DNA of 64,000 bases, taken from the IMG/VR virus record IMGVR_UViG_3300008017_000012; one strand, given 5' to 3'. The DNA is from a virus. Below are positions 1 through 9,376 of the stretch, in pieces. Under the pieces are notes generated by a model, which did no database searches, was not told the DNA's origin, and worked only from the letters and a program-made list of their open reading frames with translations. The stretch's first letter is position 1; each line of letters opens with the position of its first letter. The position numbers were made by a program, and so were the translations under genes.

Positions 1-1
1 G

Positions 2-205
2 TATTTAGCTGATAATACATATAGTTCTTGGGCTGATAGTACTTCAAATGAAAATTCGTTTGGACTTTCTGTATGGACAGAAAAAGAAGCAAAAAATTAC
101 TGAAACGAATTAGTCATTAAAGTTAAAGTTAAATATAAAGATGTTGCTAGAGTTGTACATAATGGAGGCAAAATTAGATGTTTTAAACTTACTGTTCTTA
201 ACTGA
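2..205 (+). pseudogene. 3' end of a paralogue of the 304..1212 gene, with an in-frame TGA at 101-103 where the paralogue has Cys (TGT)
   Basis: Frame 2 reads YLADNTYSSWADSTSNENSFGLSVWTEKEAKNY*NELVIKVKVKYKDVARVVHNGGKIRCFKLTVLN*, aligning without gaps to the C-terminus of 304..1212. The 5' part lies outside the window. Confidence 0.75.
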
Positions 206-224
206 CAATATTTTTAAAAATATA

Positions 225-303
225 TTGACAAACTTTTAGAAATAAAGTATTCTATATTTGTGGTTAACGAGATAGAAACAATACTTTCTAAAGGATATTT
301 GAA
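225..303 (+). promoter_or_regulatory. Early sigma70-type promoter plus leader cassette, copy 1
   Basis: TTGACA (225-230), 17-nt spacer, TATTCT (248-253), then ATATTTGTGGTTAACGAGATAGA and an RBS; near-identical copies at 1219 and 47199 (-). Confidence 0.85.
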
Positions 304-1212
304 ATGAATATTAATTACAAAGTACCTATGACAGAAGATTTTATCAGAGAAAATCAAGATAATGTAGACTGGAGGTATATTTCTAAATGGCAAAAGCTTT
401 CTGAAAATTTTATTAGAGAATTCCAAGATAAAGTAAACTGGGGTTCTATCTCAGCGTGCCAAAACCTTTCTGAAGATTTTATCAGAAAATTTAAGAACAG
501 AGTAGGTTGGGGTTATATTTCTAGATACCAAAAGCTTTCAGAAAATTTTATTAGAAAGTTTAAGAATAAAGTAGACTGGAATTGTATTTCTAAATGTCAA
601 GAGCTTTCTGAAGAATTTATTAGAGAATTTCAGGATAAAGTAAGTTGGGGATGTATTTCAGCTTATCAAAACCTTTCCAAAAATTCTATTAGAGAGTTTA
701 AGAATAAAGTAGGCTGGAATTATATCTCTAGGTACCAAAACCTTTCTGAAGAATTTATTAGAGAGTTTAAGAATAAAGTAAACTGGAAGTGCATTTCTAA
801 ATACCAAAAGCTTTCTGAAAACTTTATTTGTGAGTTTCAAGATAAAGTAGATATGGAATTGATTAGTGATAATTGGGTCTATAAAGATACATCATTCAAA
901 AAAGAACAAGTTGTTAAAACTGGATTGTATGAATGCTATGATGATTACTTTATTGCTTATAAAGGTATTAGAAGTGACCGGTATAGCAACTTTAATTTTC
1001 AATATCAATACTTGAAAAATAATACTTATTCTTCTTGGGCTGATTCTAGTAAAGATGAAAATTCTTTTGGGCTTTCTGTATGGACAGAAAAAGAAGCTGA
1101 AAAATATTGTAATCAGTTAGTCATTAAAGTCAAAGTTAAATACGAAGATGTTGCTAGAGTTGTACATTCAGGAGGTAAAATTAGATGTTTTAAATTTACT
1201 GTTCTTGATTGA
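304..1212 (+). CDS. 23-aa tandem-repeat protein (LSExFIREFxxKVxWxxISxxQx, about 8 units) with a C-terminal globular domain resembling DUF7666-type phage domains
   Basis: Repeats are visible in the translation; own promoter and RBS. The DUF assignment is from memory and tentative. Confidence 0.8.
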   Translation: MNINYKVPMTEDFIRENQDNVDWRYISKWQKLSENFIREFQDKVNWGSISACQNLSEDFIRKFKNRVGWGYISRYQKLSENFIRKFKNKVDWNCISKCQELSEEFIREFQDKVSWGCISAYQNLSKNSIREFKNKVGWNYISRYQNLSEEFIREFKNKVNWKCISKYQKLSENFICEFQDKVDMELISDNWVYKDTSFKKEQVVKTGLYECYDDYFIAYKGIRSDRYSNFNFQYQYLKNNTYSSWADSSKDENSFGLSVWTEKEAEKYCNQLVIKVKVKYEDVARVVHSGGKIRCFKFTVLD

Positions 1213-1218
1213 AATATG

Positions 1219-1295
1219 TTGACAATCTTTTAGAAATGAAGTACTCTATATTTGTGGTTAACGAGATAGATAATTTTTCTAAAGGAGACTTTAAA
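1219..1295 (+). promoter_or_regulatory. Early promoter plus leader cassette, copy 2
   Basis: TTGACA (1219-1224), 17 nt, TACTCT (1242-1247), same leader, AAGGAG RBS before ATG 1296. Confidence 0.85.
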
Positions 1296-1475
1296 ATGAA
1301 ATTTGGCCAAAGAGTTTGTGTTACTAAAGGCAAAAATCATTATGTTTATGGAATTATTACTGGTATGAAGGGTAAAAAAGTTAAAGTCAAACAAGATCAT
1401 TATTATGGAATTGAAAAAATTGATCAAGAATGTTTTAATGGAGTTTGGGTTTCTCGTTCACAAATTATGGCATAA
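1296..1475 (+). CDS. Small hypothetical early protein (MKFGQRVCVTKG...)
   Basis: The ORF track start at 1209 runs through the promoter; the RBS supports ATG 1296. Confidence 0.7.
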   Translation: MKFGQRVCVTKGKNHYVYGIITGMKGKKVKVKQDHYYGIEKIDQECFNGVWVSRSQIMA

Positions 1476-1491
1476 GAAAAATAAAATATTT

Positions 1492-1527
1492 ACAATGGAG
1501 TTAAAAATAAAATTTTAGCTCCATTGT
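1492..1527 (+). terminator. Intrinsic terminator hairpin
   Basis: ACAATGGAGTTAAAA / TTTTAGCTCCATTGT inverted repeat followed by a T tract. Confidence 0.7.
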
Positions 1528-1591
1528 TTTATAAGAAAAATTAGATATTATTGAGGTAAGATTTTAAATAATTTTCATTTTAAGGGTATAT

Positions 1592-3292
1592 ATGAAAACT
1601 TTAGAAGAAATTGCTAATGAAGCATATTACAATGAAGAGCAATCACTTATCACTGATGAAGAATTTAATTTATTAAGTGATACAGGGTTAGAGATTTCTA
1701 ATTTTAGAAATAAAACAGAACATTATCAAGCAATGGGATCATTAAAAAAAATCAAAACAAAAGAAGAATTTGAAAAATGGGTATCAGGTAAGTACAAAGT
1801 AACACCTAAACTTGATGGGAATTCTATTGAGTTAGTTTATGAAAATGGAATTTTAATAAAAGCAATAACTCGTGGAAATGGATATATTGGAAATAATTGT
1901 ACAGATAAAGTAGTACATTGTAATATTAAATATAGTCCAACAAATATGGAATTACATAGTGTAAAATGTGAAGCTATCATGAAGAAAGAATTTCAAAAAT
2001 TATTTGAAAAGAACATTAGAAATGTTGTTGCAGGAACCCTTGGTCGTAAATCAGTTGTTAAAGAAGAACTTAATAAAATTGATATTCTAGTTTTTGAAGA
2101 ACTTGATTCACATTATTTTAATAGTTATGAAGAAATAGAAAAACAATTTCATTATTGGAAAGAAAAATATCCTTATGAAATTGATGGAATTGTAGTAGAA
2201 CTTGAAACTTCTATTTATAAAGAAAGTGACAAGTTACTGCCAGCAAATATAATTGCACTGAAATTCAATAAAGATGGAATAGATGCAGTTATAGGTAAAG
2301 TTGAATGGAATCTAGGAAAACATGGAAGACTCACACCAGTGTTAATTCTTGAGAAAGCTATTGACATTGATGGTACTATGGTTCAACGTGTTTCCGCCTC
2401 TAATTATGGTATTTTGAAAGCAGCAGGGCTAAATGTAGGAGCTAAAGTAAAAGTCATTAAATCAGGAGATATTATCCCTTATATTTCTTCTGTTATTTCT
2501 AAATCAAAACAACAGTTAATGATTCCATGTTGTCCTAAATGTGGTTCTGAAGCTGAAATTTCTGAAAGTGGTATTCATGCAACTTGCCCAAATAATAATT
2601 GTTTGAGTAAAAAAATTGTTGAATTACAACATATATTTAAAGTTTTTGATCTTGAATATATTTCTGATTCAACTATTGAAAATTTATTTTATAATGCTGG
2701 GTTTATTTCTTTAGAAGATTTCCTTAATGCTTCTGAAAAAGATTTTGAAAATGTTGCCGGTTTTGGTAAAAGTAAAACTAACAATATTATCTCAAAATTG
2801 AAAAATTTAAAATTAACTGAAGCACAAGTCATTGAATGTGCTATGGTTAAAGGTATCAGTTCTTCACAAAGTAAAAAACTTATTGAACATTTCGGAAATA
2901 TTGAAAATTTTATTTTCAATGCAAAAAATACAATTATTTCTGATATTGAGGGCTTTGGCATTGTTTTAGAAAAAACTATTCATGAAAATATCAACCAATT
3001 CTTTAAAATTTATTCCACTCTAAAAAATTGTAATGTTGAAATTATCAAAGAAGTCCATAATGAAAATAAAAAAATGTTTAAAAATATTGGTTTTACAGGA
3101 GTGCACCCCACAATGACAAGAAAAGAACTTTCTACATATCTTGAAGATAAAGGTTATACAATTCAATCAACAATAAATAAGAATACGGATCTTCTTCTTA
3201 CTTCTGATCCAAATTCTATTTCTTCTAAAACCAAGAAAGCTAAGGAATTAAATGTCAATATTATCTCATACGAAGATTTCTTTAAAAGCTAA
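1592..3292 (+). CDS. ligA: NAD-dependent DNA ligase
   Basis: KLDG adenylation motif, ITRGNG, OB-fold GRLTPV, Cys zinc finger (CPKCG...CPNNNC), HhH repeats, C-terminal BRCT (FTG...KTKKAKELNVNII). Confidence 0.93.
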   Translation: MKTLEEIANEAYYNEEQSLITDEEFNLLSDTGLEISNFRNKTEHYQAMGSLKKIKTKEEFEKWVSGKYKVTPKLDGNSIELVYENGILIKAITRGNGYIGNNCTDKVVHCNIKYSPTNMELHSVKCEAIMKKEFQKLFEKNIRNVVAGTLGRKSVVKEELNKIDILVFEELDSHYFNSYEEIEKQFHYWKEKYPYEIDGIVVELETSIYKESDKLLPANIIALKFNKDGIDAVIGKVEWNLGKHGRLTPVLILEKAIDIDGTMVQRVSASNYGILKAAGLNVGAKVKVIKSGDIIPYISSVISKSKQQLMIPCCPKCGSEAEISESGIHATCPNNNCLSKKIVELQHIFKVFDLEYISDSTIENLFYNAGFISLEDFLNASEKDFENVAGFGKSKTNNIISKLKNLKLTEAQVIECAMVKGISSSQSKKLIEHFGNIENFIFNAKNTIISDIEGFGIVLEKTIHENINQFFKIYSTLKNCNVEIIKEVHNENKKMFKNIGFTGVHPTMTRKELSTYLEDKGYTIQSTINKNTDLLLTSDPNSISSKTKKAKELNVNIISYEDFFKS

Positions 3293-3408
3293 GAAAAAAA
3301 TTATTTCTTGCTGTTTTGTTGTGTATGAAAATTCTATTCCTTGGCACAGTTTGAGAGATCATTCTTCTAATAAAATTGGAATACATACTTATATATTAGT
3401 TTCTAATT

Positions 3409-3792
3409 GTGTTGATTAATATTTTTAAAAAAGGAGTATTAAAAATGCCTAATTTTAAATTTAAAATATATGAGAATAAAGAAGATTACTTAAAAATGAA
3501 AGAAAATTTTAAATCTTTATTATGTGAAAGAAAAAGCTTGACTCATTATCATTATATTTTGTATAATCTTTTAAGAAATAAAAATCCTAATATTGATATT
3601 ACAAAATTTAATGGGGATACTTATTATAAATTGAAAAATAAAGTTGAATTTATCATAAAATATAAAATGCTGTTTAACTTAAATTATCATTTTTTAAAAA
3701 TTTTTAATATATCAGATATAGATTTTATAGAAATTAATAATTATATTTATGAAACATACTTCAAAGGGAAAAAACCACATGAAAACATTTAA
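3409..3792 (+). CDS. Hypothetical protein (probable start 3445)
   Basis: ORF with an internal AGGAG RBS before MPNFKF. Confidence 0.6.
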   Translation: MLINIFKKGVLKMPNFKFKIYENKEDYLKMKENFKSLLCERKSLTHYHYILYNLLRNKNPNIDITKFNGDTYYKLKNKVEFIIKYKMLFNLNYHFLKIFNISDIDFIEINNYIYETYFKGKKPHENI

Positions 3793-3994
3793 AGAGTATA
3801 TTAAATTCGGAAAAATTGAAGGTTATCTATCAGAAGCAGCTTATGATTCAAATTTAGGTGCTGTTGAAATGATTGCATTCTTTCAAAAAGCATCTCCTGA
3901 TGAAATTGAAAAAATGGAAAAAATTGTTAAAAATGAAAATTGGGATGATTTTAAAAAATTAATTAAAAAAGTGCTAAATGTTCAATTACATTAA
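3779..3994 (+). CDS. Small protein with N-terminal MKTFKEYI tag; putative internal head protein
   Basis: Start MKTFKEYIK overlaps the previous gene; tag shared with many genes in the window. Confidence 0.6.
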   Translation: MKTFKEYIKFGKIEGYLSEAAYDSNLGAVEMIAFFQKASPDEIEKMEKIVKNENWDDFKKLIKKVLNVQLH

Positions 3995-4034
3995 TTTTTT
4001 TAATAATATCTATTTTTAAAAAAAGAGAATAAAA

Positions 4035-4493
4035 ATGAAAGAAATTCAAGGGGATTTAATAGAATTAGCATTAAATGGTAAATTTGATGTTATAGTTCAT
4101 GGATGTAACTGTTTTTGTAATATGGGAGCCGGTATTGCTAAAACAATAAAAGAAATATTTCCTGATGCTTATTATAGAGATTTACAAACAATAAAAGGGG
4201 ATAAAACAAAATTAGGTACCTTAAATTTTAGTTATGAATCTAAAATCCCTTTGTATATTATTAATGCTTATACACAATATTATTATGGCATATCTGAAAA
4301 TGGTAATGTACCTGTAGATTATGAAGCTATTCGTTCTTGTATGAAAAAATTAAAATCTTTATTTAAAAATTCTCATATAGGAATGCCACTTATTGGTTGT
4401 GGACTTGCAGGAGGTAAATGGGAAATTGTAAAGAAAATAATTGATGAAGAATTAAAAGGAATGAATGTAACTATTGTTCATTACAAAGGATAA
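4035..4493 (+). CDS. Macrodomain (ADP-ribose / Appr-1-p processing) protein
   Basis: GDL...IVHGCNCFCNMGAGIA...INAYTQY...MPLIGCGLAGGKW macrodomain signature. Confidence 0.9.
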   Translation: MKEIQGDLIELALNGKFDVIVHGCNCFCNMGAGIAKTIKEIFPDAYYRDLQTIKGDKTKLGTLNFSYESKIPLYIINAYTQYYYGISENGNVPVDYEAIRSCMKKLKSLFKNSHIGMPLIGCGLAGGKWEIVKKIIDEELKGMNVTIVHYKG

Positions 4494-4496
4494 AGA

Positions 4497-4661
4497 ATGA
4501 AAAATTTTATTATAGATGCTTCACATATTGAAGTTTTAATATCAGATGATGATACAACTATTTGTGTTTATTGTGGGGTTAAAATTTCTGATAATCCAGA
4601 TGACGAAATTTGTATTTGTGGTTCTTGTTGTGATAAATATTATAGTTTTCCAAAAAAATGA
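4497..4661 (+). CDS. Small Cys-rich (CxxC) protein, 54 aa
   Basis: Manually translated MKNFIIDASHIEVLISDDDTTICVYCG...CICGSCCDKY. Confidence 0.55.
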   Translation: MKNFIIDASHIEVLISDDDTTICVYCGVKISDNPDDEICICGSCCDKYYSFPKK

Positions 4662-4792
4662 CTAAAATATTCTCTATTATTTTTTAATTAAATTCCTTAG
4701 TATATTTTGCTATTGATGGAATTTTTTTATTTTTAAAAAATCTTTTTAAATAATAACAACTATAAAAAACAGAATAAAAAGGGGTATAACAA

Positions 4793-5332
4793 ATGAAAAT
4801 ATTTATTATTTCAGGAAAAGGTGGTTCAGGTAAAGATACATTTGTTGAATTATATAGCAAATATATAGAAAAAAAATATAATGATGTATGTTATAACATT
4901 TCATCAGTGGATGAAATAAAAGAAATAGCAAGAAAATATTTTGGATGGAAAGGACAAAAAACATCTGAATGGAGAAAAACTCTTTCAGATTTAAAAGATT
5001 TACAAACTAGAAGTTGTGATGGGCCATTTAACTATATGAAAATTTGTTTTTCTAATATTATTAAAGAAGAATTTCATCATAACAGAGAATGTGTTGTATT
5101 TTTACATATAAGGGAAACAGAAGAAATTGAACGTGCTAAAAAAGAATTTAATGCTAAGACAATTCTAATAAAACGTTTTGATGAAACAGTTTCCTATGGT
5201 AATCATGCAGATGATAATGTTGAAAATTATAACTATGATTATGTATTTGAAAATTATGGAACATTAGAAGAATTGAATGAAAAAGTTATTGAATTAGTAA
5301 AAATAAAAGAAAAGGAATCATTGACAAAATAA
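4793..5332 (+). CDS. P-loop kinase, probable deoxynucleoside monophosphate kinase
   Basis: IISGKGGSGKDT Walker A; HADD..NYNYDYVFENYGTLEEL C-terminal pattern typical of phage dNMP kinases. Confidence 0.75.
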   Translation: MKIFIISGKGGSGKDTFVELYSKYIEKKYNDVCYNISSVDEIKEIARKYFGWKGQKTSEWRKTLSDLKDLQTRSCDGPFNYMKICFSNIIKEEFHHNRECVVFLHIRETEEIERAKKEFNAKTILIKRFDETVSYGNHADDNVENYNYDYVFENYGTLEELNEKVIELVKIKEKESLTK

Positions 5333-5349
5333 ATTATATTTGTTATAAT
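5321..5349 (+). promoter_or_regulatory. Consensus sigma70 early promoter
   Basis: TTGACA, 17 nt, TATAAT. Confidence 0.85.
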
Positions 5350-5386
5350 GTATAAAATAACAACTTAATTAGGAGAAGAAGAAAAA

Positions 5387-5557
5387 ATGTCACAAAAAAA
5401 TCAAGATGAATTTGTATTACCTTGTGGTTGTGTTTCAATGAAGATTGATGGATTTGGTTGGAAAACAATTCTTTGTGAAGATTGTGAAGAAAATGAAGAA
5501 AGTGAATATTTTACACCTCAGAAAGTAGGTAAATTTAGGGATCAATATTCCCAATAA
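5387..5557 (+). CDS. Small Cys-containing protein, 56 aa
   Basis: AGGAG RBS; MSQKNQDEFVLPCGC...CEDCEE. Confidence 0.6.
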   Translation: MSQKNQDEFVLPCGCVSMKIDGFGWKTILCEDCEENEESEYFTPQKVGKFRDQYSQ

Positions 5558-5610
5558 TAAGTTAGAAAAAGATTTTAACTTTAACAAATTAACTAAAGGA
5601 GAACTAAAAA

Positions 5611-6291
5611 ATGGGCAAAGAAAAATCTTTTATGTACACTGATACCGAAATTACTGTATTGCGTAATTTTTCAAGTATCAACACTTCAATGGTGTTAAAA
5701 GGAACAGGATTTAGTGTGATTAATAACTCTAAATCAGTTATTGGTAATTTTGAATTTGAACAACCTTATGACTATGAATCATTTGGTATTTATGAAACTT
5801 CAGAATTTTTAACAGCACTTAATGCAATGAAAGATCCTAAAATTGTTGTATCTGAAAAATATCTTACAATTATGGATGGTACTTCAAAACTTAAATATTT
5901 TACAACAGCACAAGATTTGCTACCTGTTGTTCCTGATGTTGAAACAAAATTTTCTACTCTTGATTGTGAACTAGATTTTACTATTACAGCTGATAAATTA
6001 GCTTTTCTTTTAAAAATGGCATCTATTCTTAAATCTAAATTTCTTTTCTTTGAAACGGATTCTAAAAAAATTCGTATAACTGCGGGGGATGAATTGTCTT
6101 CAAGTAATAATTCTTATGTTGTTGAAATTTCCGATTGTATTAAATCTAATCGCCTTGATGCTCCTGTGAAAATTGCATTAGAATTTTTTAAACTTATTCC
6201 TAGTGATTATAACGTTTCTCTAAGCAAAAAAATTAGTAAATGGGTTTCACCAAATGGAATAGTTTATTATGTAGGATGTTCAGCAGTATAA
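5611..6291 (+). CDS. 45: Sliding clamp (T4 gp45-like)
   Basis: LRNFSSINTSMV...FGIYETSEFL pattern; position before the clamp loader. Confidence 0.85.
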   Translation: MGKEKSFMYTDTEITVLRNFSSINTSMVLKGTGFSVINNSKSVIGNFEFEQPYDYESFGIYETSEFLTALNAMKDPKIVVSEKYLTIMDGTSKLKYFTTAQDLLPVVPDVETKFSTLDCELDFTITADKLAFLLKMASILKSKFLFFETDSKKIRITAGDELSSSNNSYVVEISDCIKSNRLDAPVKIALEFFKLIPSDYNVSLSKKISKWVSPNGIVYYVGCSAV

Positions 6292-6561
6292 AATGATTAT
6301 CTATTCAGAAAAAATATCCCTTAAATGATTTATTTTTTTAATTAATAAACCATTTGAGGGATTTTTCTAATCATTAAAAGATATATTGATCTGTATAATA
6401 AGTGAATAAGACGCAAAAACTAGCATAGAACACAAACTTTATGATTGAGGCGGGGTAACCTACCAATAGACAAAATAAAGGCTATCAGAAGCTAATTTCA
6501 GCGGCTTATAATGTATATTGAAGTAAAAATAAATAAAAATACTAAAAATGGAGTTTAAAAA

Positions 6562-7515
6562 ATGGAACAAATTGGGCAAAGTAGTCTTTATTGTGAAAAG
6601 TATCGTCCAAGTAAAATTAATGATATTATTTTACCAGCAAAATATAAAAACTTGATTGAAAATATAATCAAGCAAGGTGAAACCCCTAATTTACTTTTAT
6701 CAGGAAGTGCTGGAATTGGTAAAACTACATTAGCAAAAATCATTGGGATTGAATTGAAATCAGATGTACTTTTTATTAATGCATCTGTTGAAAATGGGAT
6801 TGATACTGTTCGATATAAAGTTCAACAATTTGCTTCAACCTCATCTTTTTCAGATAGTAAAAAAATTGTTATATTAGATGAAATGGAACGTCTTGGTGGT
6901 AGTAATGGTTCAACAGGGGCACAAGATGCTTTAAAAGGTATTATTGAAGCAACAGATAAAAATTGTAGGTTCATATTTACAACAAACAATCTTTCAAAAA
7001 TTATTGATCCTTTAAAATCTCGAACCCAATTAATAGATTTTTCATTCACTAAAATTGATATTCAAGAAATTATCATTCAATATTTCAAACGTTGTTGTTA
7101 TATTCTTGATAATGAAAACATAAAATATGACAAGAAAATTTTAGCAGATTTTATCAAGAAACTTTATCCTGATTTTAGAAAAATTTTAAATGAAATTCAA
7201 AAAGCTGTTTCGATGTTTGGTTGTATTGATAAACAAGTTTTTTCAATTTCTTCTGATGCTGTTTTAGACAACTTATTAACAGCATTGAAAAATAAAAAAT
7301 TCTTTGATGTACAAAAAATTATCAATCAACTTGATCCGAATGATCTTTATACACTGCTAGATGAAAAATTATTAGATTTATTGAAACCTGAATGTTTACC
7401 TGATATTACATTTATTCTTGGAGAAGGTGCATATAGAAATGCAACATCAACAGATAGAATGATTCAAGCAAGAGATACCTGTTGTCAAATTATGAAAACA
7501 GCTATCTGGAAATAA
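6562..7515 (+). CDS. 44: Clamp loader large subunit (T4 gp44-like AAA+)
   Basis: EKYRP, GSAGIGKTT, ILDE, SR, YPDFRK motifs. Confidence 0.93.
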   Translation: MEQIGQSSLYCEKYRPSKINDIILPAKYKNLIENIIKQGETPNLLLSGSAGIGKTTLAKIIGIELKSDVLFINASVENGIDTVRYKVQQFASTSSFSDSKKIVILDEMERLGGSNGSTGAQDALKGIIEATDKNCRFIFTTNNLSKIIDPLKSRTQLIDFSFTKIDIQEIIIQYFKRCCYILDNENIKYDKKILADFIKKLYPDFRKILNEIQKAVSMFGCIDKQVFSISSDAVLDNLLTALKNKKFFDVQKIINQLDPNDLYTLLDEKLLDLLKPECLPDITFILGEGAYRNATSTDRMIQARDTCCQIMKTAIWK

Positions 7516-7553
7516 TTATAATCTTTATTTTTTCAAATTAAAAAGGTAACTTA

Positions 7554-7961
7554 ATGCCAGAATTATTTGATTACTTAAAAAGTCTTACTAATAAAAAAAT
7601 TAAATATGAAAGCGAAGAAGACTTTAAAGGGTATTCCCAGTGGATGATTAATCGTTATTTATCAACTATTGATTCTTTATTACCCATTGTTTCCGAAATA
7701 AATAGAGAATATATTATTTCGGATAAAGCTCATTATAATTTATTTTTTACTATTATACCAAAGTCAAACTCTTATTTAAAATATAATTTTAAAAAAGAAA
7801 AAAATGATAAAGAAATTGAATATCTAATGAATTATTTTAATTGTGATTTTCATTTAGCAAAAACATATTCAGAATTAATATCTAAAGAAGAATTTGAAAA
7901 AATTATTTCTTTTTATGAAGATAGAGGTTATAAGCAAACAACAAAAAGGAGAAAGAAATGA
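7554..7961 (+). CDS. 62: Clamp loader small subunit (T4 gp62-like)
   Basis: LFDYLKSL...YSQWMINRYLS; directly follows gp44. Confidence 0.85.
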   Translation: MPELFDYLKSLTNKKIKYESEEDFKGYSQWMINRYLSTIDSLLPIVSEINREYIISDKAHYNLFFTIIPKSNSYLKYNFKKEKNDKEIEYLMNYFNCDFHLAKTYSELISKEEFEKIISFYEDRGYKQTTKRRKK

Positions 7962-8052
7962 ATATACCTGAATTTGTAAATTTTCAACAATGGTTAGGTT
8001 GGTATGTTATTATTGTAACTGCTCTTGCTATTATTAAAAAAGGAAATAACTA

Positions 8053-8490
8053 ATGACAAGTCCCCTTGAAATTAAAATAAAATATTTTGATGAAACGTTA
8101 GAAAAAATTTCTAAAATTGATATTGGTGATTGGATTGATCTTCGTTCAGCAATTGATATAGAATTAAAAGCTGGGGATTTTAAATTAATTCCACTTGGTA
8201 TTGCAATGAAACTTCCAACAGGATATGAGGCAAATACTGTACCACGTTCTTCTACTTTTAAAAATTGGGGAATCATTCAAACTAATAGTTTTTCTGTAAT
8301 AGATGAATCATATTGTGGTAATAATGATCAATGGTTTTATCCAGTTTATGCTACAAGAGATACTGTTATCAATAAAAATGATCGTATTTGTCAATTTCGT
8401 ATTAATAAAAAACAACCTTCGATTATTTTCACTGAAGTTAAAGATCTTAAAAATGAAGATCGTGGTGGATTTGGTTCAACAGGTAAATAA
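8053..8490 (+). CDS. dut: Trimeric dUTPase
   Basis: [28 protein letters not shown] motifs. Confidence 0.93.
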   Translation: MTSPLEIKIKYFDETLEKISKIDIGDWIDLRSAIDIELKAGDFKLIPLGIAMKLPTGYEANTVPRSSTFKNWGIIQTNSFSVIDESYCGNNDQWFYPVYATRDTVINKNDRICQFRINKKQPSIIFTEVKDLKNEDRGGFGSTGK

Positions 8491-8502
8491 AAAAGGATTA
8501 TC

Positions 8503-8697
8503 ATGAGAAATAAAACTGTTAAAAAATTGAATGCTTTTGTTGATTTACTTATTATTAATACTCCTCCAAAAGAACTAAATAAGTCTAGAGAAACATTATT
8601 AAAAGAAATTAAAACTCTCTGGAAATCTCAAGGTAAAAATGGAAAAATTTTTATTGATAAAGTTGTTAATGGGGAATTTTTTATTGAAAATAAATAA
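8503..8697 (+). CDS. Hypothetical protein
   Basis: ORF with AGGA RBS. Confidence 0.55.
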   Translation: MRNKTVKKLNAFVDLLIINTPPKELNKSRETLLKEIKTLWKSQGKNGKIFIDKVVNGEFFIENK

Positions 8698-8742
8698 AAT
8701 ATAAATAAATATAAAATACTATTATATAAAGGAGTAAAAAGT

Positions 8743-9357
8743 ATGAACAAATTAAATTTTTTAGAAATTCTTGAAGAAACCTTTTCTTTGAAAGATGTAG
8801 ATGAAGATAATATTTATTTAAATGAAGATGAAGATGAAACAGAAGATGATGAATTAGAAAATGACGATGATGAAACAGAAGAAGATGATGAAGATCTTTT
8901 TCATCAAGGAACAGAAGATTATAGTGCGGATGATTTTCGTGAAATTATTGACTATGTAAAAGATTTAATTGATCTTGAAGACGATAATGAAATTAACAAT
9001 TCTGTTGATGAAATTGGATTAGCTTTACTTTATGATTATGCTGATGTAATGCCACAAACTTTAATTAATCAAATGGTTGAAGATTTAAAAGAAATTTTTG
9101 AAATTGAAGATGAAATGATGGAATCTTTAGTTACAGAAGGATTTGTTAAAAAGAAAAAAGGTGTATTAGCTAGGAAAAAATCCATAAAAGCAGCTAAAAT
9201 TTATAAAGCTAAAAAAGCTAAAATTAAGTTACGTGCTTCAAAATGGCGTAGATCTGCAAGAGGCAAAAAAGTTATTTCTATACATAAAAAACTCCAAAAA
9301 AGACTAGGTAAAAGAAAAGGGATGAGACTTGTTTCTAATTTACCAAATGAAAAATAA
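8743..9357 (+). CDS. Acidic N-terminal / basic C-terminal late protein, prohead-core-like
   Basis: TATAAATA late promoter at 8700-8707; D/E-rich tract then K/R-rich tract, as in T4-like prohead core proteins (inference). Confidence 0.55.
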   Translation: MNKLNFLEILEETFSLKDVDEDNIYLNEDEDETEDDELENDDDETEEDDEDLFHQGTEDYSADDFREIIDYVKDLIDLEDDNEINNSVDEIGLALLYDYADVMPQTLINQMVEDLKEIFEIEDEMMESLVTEGFVKKKKGVLARKKSIKAAKIYKAKKAKIKLRASKWRRSARGKKVISIHKKLQKRLGKRKGMRLVSNLPNEK

Positions 9358-9376
9358 TTTTTAAATTTTTAAACTA

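Noticed and set aside
214-840. Minus-strand ORFs 214..426 and 658..840
   Set aside because: Antisense shadows of the repeat gene and promoter, with no RBS.
6405-6465. c-di-GMP-I riboswitch suggested by GACGCAAA and GCGGGGTAACC
   Set aside because: The upstream GGCAAA and GAAA-capped P2 helix are missing; kept only as an unassigned hairpin.
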